DNA from: Poseidonia sp.
GTDB taxonomy: Archaea; Thermoplasmatota; Poseidoniia; Poseidoniales; Poseidoniaceae
Reading direction: 5' to 3'
NCBI GenBank assembly: GCA_049600935.1
Contig: JBMYQB010000003.1
Span: 9,113-73,112, forward strand
Length of the DNA: 64,000 bases
The notes under the pieces were generated by a model. The model had not been told where the DNA came from. It ran no database searches and worked only from the letters and a program-made list of their open reading frames with translations. Shown piece by piece: positions 27,581 through 36,279 of this stretch (position 1 is its first letter; the number at the start of each line of letters is the position of its first letter). A program made the translations under genes and the position numbers.

Positions 27581-28684
27581 ATGGAAAAGAGTGAGTTTCT
27601 CGTGATACTCACCACGCCGTCAAGAAACGATGGAGTTCGCCTCCAAATCGAACGAGCTGTGGGCACGCATGGCAAACATCGTGACCTTCGACTCAAGCAA
27701 CTTCCGCACATGGAAACGGCGTTGCAAACGCTACGGGACGGCACGGGTGACATCCTCGCCATGAGTGCTTTTGACTGGCATGGCAACGACGTTGAAGGGT
27801 TGAGTATCGCCGGTTTACTTCCACGAAAGGAGCCAACATGGGTCCTCGTCGCCGATGACAAGCCAGAGTATCTTGAGCAGGGTGCAAAGGTGGTGTGCGA
27901 ACATGAATTGCTTCGTCGCCAAATGCGCCGAATGCGGCCCGACCTCGTGCTCGAAACCATTGAGGATGTTGCCGCCCGCCTCAAGGCAAAGGGCACCATC
28001 GCCGATATGGACAACGAGGAGATATGGCCGTGGATGGAAGAACAGCGCCTCGAGGGCAACATCGACGGGTTCATTGTCCCCCGAGCGATTCATGCCGGCC
28101 ATCGCATGAAAGGAAGACGACACACGCTTGGACTCCAACGCGACCAAACAGAGAACAACAGAGAACGTTTCATTCCACCGCCTTTGCACGGTTTCACCCT
28201 GCTCGTAACTCGCCAAGGATTCCCAAAGGCGAGCATTGTAGAAATGCTCGACCCAAGCGCCGAATTGGCCTATCGGCTGGAGACGGCCATCCTCGAGAGC
28301 CTTGACCCGTCCCTAAGATCCATCGTGGGTGCATACGTCGAACAGCGGAAAATTTCCACTTTCCTGAAAAAAGCCACACAGGAAAACGACGAGGCCCTCC
28401 TCACCTCGCTGGTGGACCCCAACAAAAAGCGGGGTGTGTTCAAAAGTGGCCCTCGGGTTGAGATGTTGATCGAAACGCTCAACCCGAGCGGGACGGTAAC
28501 GGCGGCGTGTGAACGTATTGTTCAACCTGAAAACAGCCACCTTGGCATGGTCAATCTCCTCAAGGAATTCATGGAATTGCTCTCGGTCATGACCACGGAC
28601 CACGAGGCAACAAAACGGAACATCATCGGTATGCCTGCATCCTTCATGGATGCGAGTCCACGACTGATGGACCTCAATGAGTGA
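27581..28684 (+). CDS. Divergent hydroxymethylbilane synthase (HemC)-like protein
   Basis: Weak colinear similarity: GDILAMSAFD, LPRKEP, LLRRQ..MRPDL, DGFIV, FIPPPLHG, VGAY; GAGGTGA SD. Confidence 0.55.
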   Translation: MEKSEFLVILTTPSRNDGVRLQIERAVGTHGKHRDLRLKQLPHMETALQTLRDGTGDILAMSAFDWHGNDVEGLSIAGLLPRKEPTWVLVADDKPEYLEQGAKVVCEHELLRRQMRRMRPDLVLETIEDVAARLKAKGTIADMDNEEIWPWMEEQRLEGNIDGFIVPRAIHAGHRMKGRRHTLGLQRDQTENNRERFIPPPLHGFTLLVTRQGFPKASIVEMLDPSAELAYRLETAILESLDPSLRSIVGAYVEQRKISTFLKKATQENDEALLTSLVDPNKKRGVFKSGPRVEMLIETLNPSGTVTAACERIVQPENSHLGMVNLLKEFMELLSVMTTDHEATKRNIIGMPASFMDASPRLMDLNE

Positions 28685-28794
28685 AACCATCTCGGCTTCT
28701 CAGAAGACCCACGAGAACTGGCCTTCCTTGCCTCATTGGACGGCGAAGGCATATATGCTTTGAATGCGGCAAAAGCCGTAGAGGTGAGACGGTC

Positions 28795-30528
28795 ATGGAC
28801 ACATCAGCGTTGCTCGGCAAACTGTACCAAGCTCGTTTTGACGACCTCAAATCCATCGCTCAAGAACACGGAATTGCAAAATCTGGACCGGTTGAAAGCC
28901 TTCGTGCAAGGCTTATTCGACACCTCATCTTCCCGGATTGGGATTTCTCACCCGCAGGACTCCGAAGCATCTCGAACAGCGATTTAGGCGAAATTCTCGG
29001 TCTTTTTGGCATCAAAAAATCAGGGTCCATCAAGGCCCGTCGGCAACGACTTCACCTCCATCTGAACCACGACCCGAAATCACTTGCAGTGGAGCGTTTG
29101 GATGACATGACCAGAGACCAACTCCACGCCATGTGCAAGGATTTGGAACTCGCACTGTCCGGAAACAAACAGGCGCTTCTCGCCAGAGTTGCAGGCGTCC
29201 TCGCCTCACAAGAAAATGCGTGGGGGAAGGTCAAGAAGAGCCTGCGGCGCCCAAAAGGACCCATCAACGTCCCTCAGATGGCAGCGTCGTCCACCTCCTC
29301 GGCAGAGAGCAGTGTGGAGGAAACGGTCGCTTCGTTCGTCGAGGATCACGACGATGGATGGACCTACGAAGAAGAGCTCACGCTCAAAGAGGAACTGGCT
29401 GATGTCGGCCATGATGTTTCCTCATCGATGAACGATGCTGACCTTGAACGTCAATTGCGACCGGAGCCGGCCGAGGAAGTCGTCAGTATTCCACCGATGA
29501 TTCAACACACTGGTGCGGTTGAGACGCACAGTCTTGAGACGGAAACAGCCTTGATGGAACTGAGGGAGCGACACGCAGAGATTCAGGCGTTTGCAAGGGA
29601 TTTCCTGATGGTTAGTTCCACCACCAATCAAGACGATTTGAATGCCTTCATCGCCTCGCTGCGAGCACAAGGCTTCGCCACCGACCTTCCGCCTGTCCAC
29701 CAAGCCGTAGCGCAGGTCATCATGGAATTGGACTTTCATGTTCAAAACGAAAGCAAGGCGGCAACCGCCATGCCGCAATCGTGGAGTGAACGCGAGGCTC
29801 TTCGACGGTTTGAAGAAGTTCGCAGTACGTTGCGGGACCGATTGGAAAACATCCTCGCCCTCCATGCGGGCGATGTCGTCAAGGCACGAATGGCCTTTGA
29901 ACAAGAAGGAAGGGAATTGGAACTGGACCTTCGTGTCCCAAGCGTTTCTGGACGGCTGCACGCCCTGTTTGACCTTCACATTGAAATCGCTGAGTCCCAA
30001 GCCCTTCACGACCCCGTCGTACAACGACGCCAACGGATGATGCGCATCCTCCATCGTGGCGCAGTTCACATGCCCGAAAGCGAACGCATGACCATCGAGC
30101 GCCTTGAGAGAAACATCTCGTCCTTTGAGGAATTGGTTCAGACCATCCTTGAATCTGGAGAAGAAGGATTTGATGAAGCACAACAAGCGCTTGTCATTCG
30201 CTTCCTTGAATCAAAGGGCTACGACGTGAACACCAGCACCCTGCGACCCCGGATTCTCGCATGTGCGGGCATTCTCGGAGCTGAACTGGGCTACCTCTCC
30301 CCGAGCGAAATCCCACGAATTGCGCCTGGCGTTCTGGTCACAGAAACCGAGGTCGACGCCATCGTAACCGAACTGAAGTCGCTCGCTGCGAGTTTCAAAC
30401 CGTCTGAAGAGCAAGCCCCTGAAGAAGAAGCGGTGGCCGAGTCCGTCGCTGATGCATCCGACAGCCTTGCACGCGTACGAGGAAAAATCGACCGTGTAGA
30501 CGAACTTCTCAACCGTTTGAACGGATGA
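28795..30528 (+). CDS. SAP-domain repeat protein with long helical C-terminus
   Basis: Three L-x6/7-[GE][IL]xxSG-x4-[LR]xxR[LV] motifs in the first about 130 aa; GAGGTGA SD before ATG 28795. Confidence 0.72.
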   Translation: MDTSALLGKLYQARFDDLKSIAQEHGIAKSGPVESLRARLIRHLIFPDWDFSPAGLRSISNSDLGEILGLFGIKKSGSIKARRQRLHLHLNHDPKSLAVERLDDMTRDQLHAMCKDLELALSGNKQALLARVAGVLASQENAWGKVKKSLRRPKGPINVPQMAASSTSSAESSVEETVASFVEDHDDGWTYEEELTLKEELADVGHDVSSSMNDADLERQLRPEPAEEVVSIPPMIQHTGAVETHSLETETALMELRERHAEIQAFARDFLMVSSTTNQDDLNAFIASLRAQGFATDLPPVHQAVAQVIMELDFHVQNESKAATAMPQSWSEREALRRFEEVRSTLRDRLENILALHAGDVVKARMAFEQEGRELELDLRVPSVSGRLHALFDLHIEIAESQALHDPVVQRRQRMMRILHRGAVHMPESERMTIERLERNISSFEELVQTILESGEEGFDEAQQALVIRFLESKGYDVNTSTLRPRILACAGILGAELGYLSPSEIPRIAPGVLVTETEVDAIVTELKSLAASFKPSEEQAPEEEAVAESVADASDSLARVRGKIDRVDELLNRLNG

Positions 30529-30529
30529 A

Positions 30530-31771
30530 TCAGTGCTGCTGGGCGTAGAAATTCTGCACCACCGATGTCACGGTTTGGATATCAGAAATGCCTCGTTGAC
30601 ACAAATCTTCGATGATGGCCTGTCGCTGGGCAACGTGGCGCTCAAACACGTCGGGCGTGACGCCCGCAGCGTTGCAGATGGTTTCACGCAACTTGGACGG
30701 AATACCGGTCTCCTCAATTTGGTCGGTCGCAGCGTTGTACTTCCAGATGGCGTTGAGACGTGGTTTGTCGCCTTCCATACCTGCGACCTCGGCAACTTCA
30801 GTGATTTTTCGAGCCGTTTTTCCATTGACGTGAAGACGGGCTTGAATGATGATAAGGTCAAGTCCACTCAACATGATGGGCGGCACGTTCATTGGTGGAT
30901 TGATCATACGTGTGACCGTTTCTTGAGCCGTGTTGGCGTGCAGGGAACCAAAGGAACCGTCGTGCCCGGTGTTCATCGCCGTGAGCAACGTTGCACATTC
31001 AGGTCCGCGAACTTCACCGACGATGATTCGGTCAGGGCGCATACGCAGGCTTGACTTCAAGCAGTCGTTCATGTCAACCTCAGGTGTTCCATCGGGTCGC
31101 TCACGACGAGTTTCCATACGCAGCCAGTGGTCATGGTAAACTTGCAATTCAGCCGTGTCTTCCACCGTGAGCAGGCGTCGAGACCAAGGAATGTACATCC
31201 CGAGGCAATTGAGCGTGGTGGTTTTACCTGAACCTGTTCCACCTGCAATAACAAAGTTGGCTGGACGGCTGTCGAGGCCTTCAATCCAAACCCACATCAT
31301 GGCAGCCAATCTGGAGTTCACCGTTCCAAAGTTGACGAGGTCAATCATTGTCAGAGGATCCTCCTTGAACTTTCGAATTGTCAGCGTTGGACCATCAGGA
31401 GAAACGGGGGGGATGGTTCCGTTCACACGGGAACCGTCAGGAAGGCGACCGTCAAAGATGGGGACCAATCCAGGACCGTCACCCAACGGGACGTTGGTGA
31501 ACGAGGCGATGTTTTTCGCAATTTGAAGGCCGGATTCATCGTCAATCCAGATGTTGGTTCTGCACATGCCGTGGTTACGATGGGCAACTTTCACACACTG
31601 GGTTCCGCCGTTGTACATCACTTCTTCAAGCGCATCGTCCTCAAAAAGCGCTGCGAGGTCGCCGTACGGGTTGGCTTGAATGTCGCCTTCGACGTGGTAA
31701 ATGGGTGAGGGATGGTTCGCCTCGGTGTAGATTGTCACTCGTCCGTATTGTTCTAGAATTTCTTCTGACAT
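30530..31771 (-). CDS. Type IV pilus/Tad secretion ATPase (CpaF/VirB11 family)
   Basis: RLPDGSRV, TIRKF, GGTGSGKTT, EDTAEL, LRMRPDRIIVGEVRG, MNTGH.G. Confidence 0.93.
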   Translation of the reverse strand: MSEEILEQYGRVTIYTEANHPSPIYHVEGDIQANPYGDLAALFEDDALEEVMYNGGTQCVKVAHRNHGMCRTNIWIDDESGLQIAKNIASFTNVPLGDGPGLVPIFDGRLPDGSRVNGTIPPVSPDGPTLTIRKFKEDPLTMIDLVNFGTVNSRLAAMMWVWIEGLDSRPANFVIAGGTGSGKTTTLNCLGMYIPWSRRLLTVEDTAELQVYHDHWLRMETRRERPDGTPEVDMNDCLKSSLRMRPDRIIVGEVRGPECATLLTAMNTGHDGSFGSLHANTAQETVTRMINPPMNVPPIMLSGLDLIIIQARLHVNGKTARKITEVAEVAGMEGDKPRLNAIWKYNAATDQIEETGIPSKLRETICNAAGVTPDVFERHVAQRQAIIEDLCQRGISDIQTVTSVVQNFYAQQH

Positions 31772-31774
31772 GGT

Positions 31775-32506
31775 TCATCCTCCAACTGCTTTTACGGCCC
31801 CGAGGTAGAGGCCCATTGAGACGGTCATCCAAAGTGGAAGCCACCAAAGTGTGTCTTTGAGACGACCCATCATTCGTCCAGAGACACTCACGGCAACCGC
31901 CGAGGCGGCTGCAAAGAAGAGACTGAAGGTTTGGTTAAATCCGGTGATTTGGAAGCCTTTGCTGGCCGGTGCGAAGAGGCCAACGATGAAGGCAATAAGA
32001 ACTGGTAAGCCGACGCTTACAAAGATGATAATGAGCATGCCCCGGCCGGAAAGTTCGCTCTCACGCTGATTCATCAAGTCGTTTAATCGCTCGTAATCTC
32101 GGCTCAAATCACTCAAGATGTCTCGAAGGCTGGAGTCTTGCTGAATAGCCGTTTCAATGAGCATCATCACGCGCTGAACCTGGCTCGACCGCGTTTTTGC
32201 AGCGAAGGCCGAAAGGCTCGCTTCAAACGAAGATGCGTGGGCTTCTTTCAACGTCTCTGAAAGCAGCGTTGCGAGGGGGCCGTTGTTGGATTCAGATTGT
32301 TCCATCATCGCTTCCTGCAGACCTCGACCAGCACCCACCGAATCAGAAAGTGCTTCGAGGAAAGTGGGCAATTCATTCTCAATGGCTCGGCGACGACGGC
32401 GCTCTAGCATTGGAGGGATGCCGCCGCCGATGCAAGCAACAGCAATCACGGCAAGATACAGCAACAGAGGGGATTCGTTGAAGGATTCGAGAAAACCGAA
32501 AATCAT
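31775..32506 (-). CDS. TadC/T2SS-F family pilus platform membrane protein
   Basis: IENELPTFLEALSDSVGAGRGLQEA pattern, TM helices, next to the ATPase. Confidence 0.82.
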   Translation of the reverse strand: MIFGFLESFNESPLLLYLAVIAVACIGGGIPPMLERRRRRAIENELPTFLEALSDSVGAGRGLQEAMMEQSESNNGPLATLLSETLKEAHASSFEASLSAFAAKTRSSQVQRVMMLIETAIQQDSSLRDILSDLSRDYERLNDLMNQRESELSGRGMLIIIFVSVGLPVLIAFIVGLFAPASKGFQITGFNQTFSLFFAAASAVAVSVSGRMMGRLKDTLWWLPLWMTVSMGLYLGAVKAVGG

Positions 32507-32515
32507 CTTCCCACC

Positions 32516-33097
32516 TCACAACCCCGGGTCCTTTGTGTGCGCCTTCAAACCGATAAGCGCCATGCCAACCAGTGTCATCAACAAGCCCATGTTGACCACG
32601 CTGTTGATGACCGCCGGTTCGGGCAAGGACATGAACGCCCCGAGATCACCGGACATCAATTGTGGAACAAGGCCTACAATGGCAAGGATGATGGGACCAA
32701 TCATGCCTATAGAAAGCAGGGTTTCGGGTACACCACCAAGCGCTTCAATGTATTTTTCAACTTCTTCAGAGCGCTCTTCTTCCATTCTCGCACCCTGTTT
32801 CTTGAGCGTCTCAACCAAGTCGGTGTTCTGGGTGACGTTGGTGTAAAGGGTGTTGAGGAGTCGCTTGTAGCCAGCCGACTGGGCTGTCTTCATGAGACCT
32901 TTGAGTTCCTTGTCCAGTCCGCCACCGGTACCTTTTCTCAATCGCTTCATCATCGCTGAAAAATCTTCAGAAATAAGGCCGTAGCCTCCTTTGCCAATCG
33001 TGTGAATGGCAGCTTCAAGACCGACACCGGATGACATCAACACGTCCATGGTTCGAATCACATAGAGGAGTTCGCGCTTTTCCTCCAGTTCTCGCAC
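32516..33097 (-). CDS. TadB/T2SS-F family pilus platform membrane protein
   Basis: ELLYVIRTMDVLMSSGVGLEAAI....YGLISEDF pattern, two TM helices. Confidence 0.8.
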   Translation of the reverse strand: MRELEEKRELLYVIRTMDVLMSSGVGLEAAIHTIGKGGYGLISEDFSAMMKRLRKGTGGGLDKELKGLMKTAQSAGYKRLLNTLYTNVTQNTDLVETLKKQGARMEEERSEEVEKYIEALGGVPETLLSIGMIGPIILAIVGLVPQLMSGDLGAFMSLPEPAVINSVVNMGLLMTLVGMALIGLKAHTKDPGL

Positions 33098-33110
33098 CCT
33101 TATCGCCTCC

Positions 33111-33464
33111 TCAAATCACGTCTTCCAGAAGCTCAAAGTGGAACGATTCGTTGGAACTGTCATATTCCATCACAGCAAAAATGACCTTCACGTCTCGCTC
33201 TTCGAAAGGATCGTGAATGTAGGGCTGCCCGGTTCGGAACATGGCCACGATTCGCTTGTATTCGTCAAGCGTAAGTTCACCACGCACCGTGTAGAGGGTT
33301 GATTCTGAACCTTCATCGTGCAGGTCATCGCCCTCTTGACCACGCACAACGGTGCGTGTCAGACGACGTGTCATTCTCACTTTGATGTCTGCGTTGCCAA
33401 TTCGCACCCAATCCGAACTTGATGTGCCCGTTGCGGGGCGAATAAAGAAATCCATTCCAGCCAT
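33111..33464 (-). CDS. Hypothetical 117-aa protein, possible phage tail-tube/baseplate (DNA_circ_N-like) fold
   Basis: Clean ORF with purine-rich upstream region, leading the Tad genes; fold assignment is tentative. Confidence 0.55.
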   Translation of the reverse strand: MAGMDFFIRPATGTSSSDWVRIGNADIKVRMTRRLTRTVVRGQEGDDLHDEGSESTLYTVRGELTLDEYKRIVAMFRTGQPYIHDPFEERDVKVIFAVMEYDSSNESFHFELLEDVI

Positions 33465-33520
33465 GTCTGACCCCTATCCTCTCCACAGCGTGAGAAGAAC
33501 TTGAATGTGTTGGATGCAGA

Positions 33521-34438
33521 TTATTCAGAAGCGGCGAGTCTGAACCATCCAAATCGGGGTTCGTCAAGCGTTCCACCGTCGAGCATCTCTTCCAGCTTTC
33601 CTTCGGCAACCTCTCTGACAAATCCACGAGCAACAGCGTTCTTCAGCAGTGTATCGAAGGTCACGCCCTCACCCTGGTCGAGATGGCCAATCGCTTGCAG
33701 GAGGAAGGCCTCAACGTCCTGTCCACCGTCACCACCACCATCGCTTGCCTCGCCGTCAGGCAACGACATCACTGGAGGTGGCGTTGTAGCAGCTTCAATA
33801 CGGCCTTCGGCGATGTCCAATGCCTGCATCAAATTCAGTTTGAACGGTTCAAGGTCGACCTCGCCGTAATGGTTTCGAGCAGCGAGAAGGCTGTCCGGCA
33901 AGTCCGCTCGCCCAAAGGCATCGAGCGTTGGCTCAACCTCCAAGGAAACGGTGAACCGGTTCATTCGCTCCATGGTGGCTTGGCATGCATCCAGGAGCCA
34001 GTTGGCGTAAACTTCCCTGCTAACCACGCACGCTTCCTCGGGCCGGAGGGACGTGTAGACGGCTCCTTCGTCGGTTTGATACCATCGTGTTTTCGAAGTC
34101 ATCATGACCAGAAGAGGTTCACCATCGTTCAGTCGTTCCGTCCATTGATGGGCAAGTTCCTGCATGGTCTCTGAATTGTATTCACCGACCGAGAAATAAT
34201 GCAGACCTGTTGGATCTCGTAGCTGGCCCTGGTAGAGCGAAGAACCGTTGCTGGTCTCACGCAGCTCAAGTCGCTCAAGAAGGCCTGCAGCCACGATTCT
34301 GTTGACCTTCGCACCCAATTTCGTGATCACAAAGGATGGGTCGTACTCTCCGGACCCCTTCTCGTGGAGTGTGGCGCTCCCAAATTCAGACGCCAACAAT
34401 AAATGCGCAGGTTGGCGAGCGATGCGAGCACGCTCCAT
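33521..34438 (-). CDS. RPA-associated OB-fold protein (RPA32-like, C-terminal winged helix)
   Basis: GAKVNRIVAAG, LRDPTG, SLRPE; C-terminal G.L.EPRFG; TGATG coupling to the RPA gene. Confidence 0.8.
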   Translation of the reverse strand: MERARIARQPAHLLLASEFGSATLHEKGSGEYDPSFVITKLGAKVNRIVAAGLLERLELRETSNGSSLYQGQLRDPTGLHYFSVGEYNSETMQELAHQWTERLNDGEPLLVMMTSKTRWYQTDEGAVYTSLRPEEACVVSREVYANWLLDACQATMERMNRFTVSLEVEPTLDAFGRADLPDSLLAARNHYGEVDLEPFKLNLMQALDIAEGRIEAATTPPPVMSLPDGEASDGGGDGGQDVEAFLLQAIGHLDQGEGVTFDTLLKNAVARGFVREVAEGKLEEMLDGGTLDEPRFGWFRLAASE

Positions 34439-36120
34439 CAGGCCCACCCCCACTGTGTTCGCAACTCTGTGGCACGCAACTGAGCATCGTGTTGCTCAAT
34501 CTCAAATCCGTCTGCCAGAATCATGGCACCCTGCTCGTCGACGATGCTTCGTCCGGACACGTTGATGCGTCGTCCGAGCATCTTCTCACGAACGAGTTGA
34601 ACAAAGCCCGTTTCTCCAAGTTCGTCGACCTTGGATTTCATGTCTTCATGGGTCATTTCAAGCGCAGCGAGCGTGGCGTCTTTGTTCACGAGGACAGCAG
34701 CGGTCGCTCCGTCATTGTCCATCACCAGCCGCAAACGAATGTCTTCGGCACCTTCGTTGGCACCGTGGTCAAAGCACGCACCATCACGGAGGACGCGGCG
34801 ACATTCCGTGCATCGCATGATGAAGCCAGAATCGTCTCGCACGCTGACCAGCAGGCCGTTGGTTTTCATTCCCACTCGGCTCGGCCCAGCAACGACTTCT
34901 GTAAGGGCAACATCAACGGAATGATTGGCGAGGTCCATGCCCTCATCCCATGGTGGCGTGTCAAGGACGGTCAATTGGTCGGCATTATCGACCGTGATGT
35001 CTGGAATGCCCTGCCAGGCACGCACCCGTGCTCCACGAATTTCCATCGTAACGGGAAGGTCGGTTTCCTCAAACGGCAAAGCATCCCAGATGCTGATTCG
35101 ACAGCGTCCCGTTGGGTCTGCAATCTGGCCTGACCAGAGGAACTTCTCTTCACCGTCTCGCTCAAATGTTCGTTTGGTGATTTCGGTGATTTGGACGATG
35201 GCGTCGACATCCCGTGAACCGTCTCGCAGTCCAGAAATCTTCGTTTTTGTGCTTTCAGCGAGCGTCTCAAGGTCAGCGAAATTGGTGTCGTGGAACACTT
35301 CAATTCGAGTTGTTCTCCCAAAGTTCAATTCGGGCGTATCTCGGAAGCTTCGGACTTGGGCACCGTCGATTTTGAGCAAGGTTCCAACCTCGTGTTCAAA
35401 CGGTTCCCAGGAAAGGAAACCGATGGTACCCGTATCGTCGGCGATTCGGCCACGGACCACATCAATTGAACCTGAACCGTCCTTCCGATGAATCTGATCC
35501 GGTCGGCAAGCCAAAACACGACCGACGACACAGATGTATCCCTCTTTGGGAATGGCCTGGATGTCGATGGGGTCATTGGATGCTACCGTGGTAGCGACGC
35601 CTTCTTTGAGGACCACGATTCGGGTAGACTGGTTAATGTTGAGGGACATTTTTCCGTTGTACTCGTTGACGCTGGCGCCTTCGATACGAACGATGCTTCC
35701 TGAGGCAAGATTGGCATGCGGGCCCCAATCTTTGTAGTCCCATCGGGTGCGTTGGCCGTTTTCTTCCCAAGGATTGTCTTCCAGCATTCCGAAGGCGATT
35801 TGCTTCTCTTCGCCTCGAATCATTTGATCTCTGATGTTGTGTGTGATAATGGCCACTTCAATCTCTACATCACGGTCGCTACCCGTGAGTTCCGACAAAC
35901 CAGCGACCTTCTTGGTCTCACGGGTTGTCGTTCCTCCACCGGATGGCGCAGGAGACGTACCGCTTTGGAAGCGTCGAAGCACCGAACGCATAGCGTCCTG
36001 AGGCGGAATGTAGAATTCTTGTTCGTACTTTGCAAACGCCTCTGCAATTTCTGTCGCATCAGCATCCGGACATTCTTTTTGAACGGCCTCAACATAGTCT
36101 GCATACTTGCTTTCAGACAT
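34438..36120 (-). CDS. rpa: Replication protein A (multi-OB-fold ssDNA-binding protein with Zn finger)
   Basis: Repeated G.IAD.TG.I...W OB motifs; CTECRRVL..G.C.DH zinc finger. Confidence 0.88.
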   Translation of the reverse strand: MSESKYADYVEAVQKECPDADATEIAEAFAKYEQEFYIPPQDAMRSVLRRFQSGTSPAPSGGGTTTRETKKVAGLSELTGSDRDVEIEVAIITHNIRDQMIRGEEKQIAFGMLEDNPWEENGQRTRWDYKDWGPHANLASGSIVRIEGASVNEYNGKMSLNINQSTRIVVLKEGVATTVASNDPIDIQAIPKEGYICVVGRVLACRPDQIHRKDGSGSIDVVRGRIADDTGTIGFLSWEPFEHEVGTLLKIDGAQVRSFRDTPELNFGRTTRIEVFHDTNFADLETLAESTKTKISGLRDGSRDVDAIVQITEITKRTFERDGEEKFLWSGQIADPTGRCRISIWDALPFEETDLPVTMEIRGARVRAWQGIPDITVDNADQLTVLDTPPWDEGMDLANHSVDVALTEVVAGPSRVGMKTNGLLVSVRDDSGFIMRCTECRRVLRDGACFDHGANEGAEDIRLRLVMDNDGATAAVLVNKDATLAALEMTHEDMKSKVDELGETGFVQLVREKMLGRRINVSGRSIVDEQGAMILADGFEIEQHDAQLRATELRTQWGWA

Positions 36121-36279
36121 CGCATTGACCTCCGACAGGCGTTGTTGTTCGTGGCCTGTGCGGAGAACAGGCGGCGGGTTTTCGTGCGGGTTGGTTAAGT
36201 TTGGACACTCCCTTGACCTCCATGGGACGTCTTACCAACGACGACGGGTCATAAAGAATCCCGTGGGGATGTTTGGGGC

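Noticed and set aside
30530..33097. Archaellum operon
   Set aside because: No archaellin, FlaH or FlaC-G genes; two short TadB/C-type genes fit a pilus system better.
33111..33464. Prophage or gene transfer agent
   Set aside because: A single possibly phage-like small ORF; no capsid, terminase, portal or integrase nearby.
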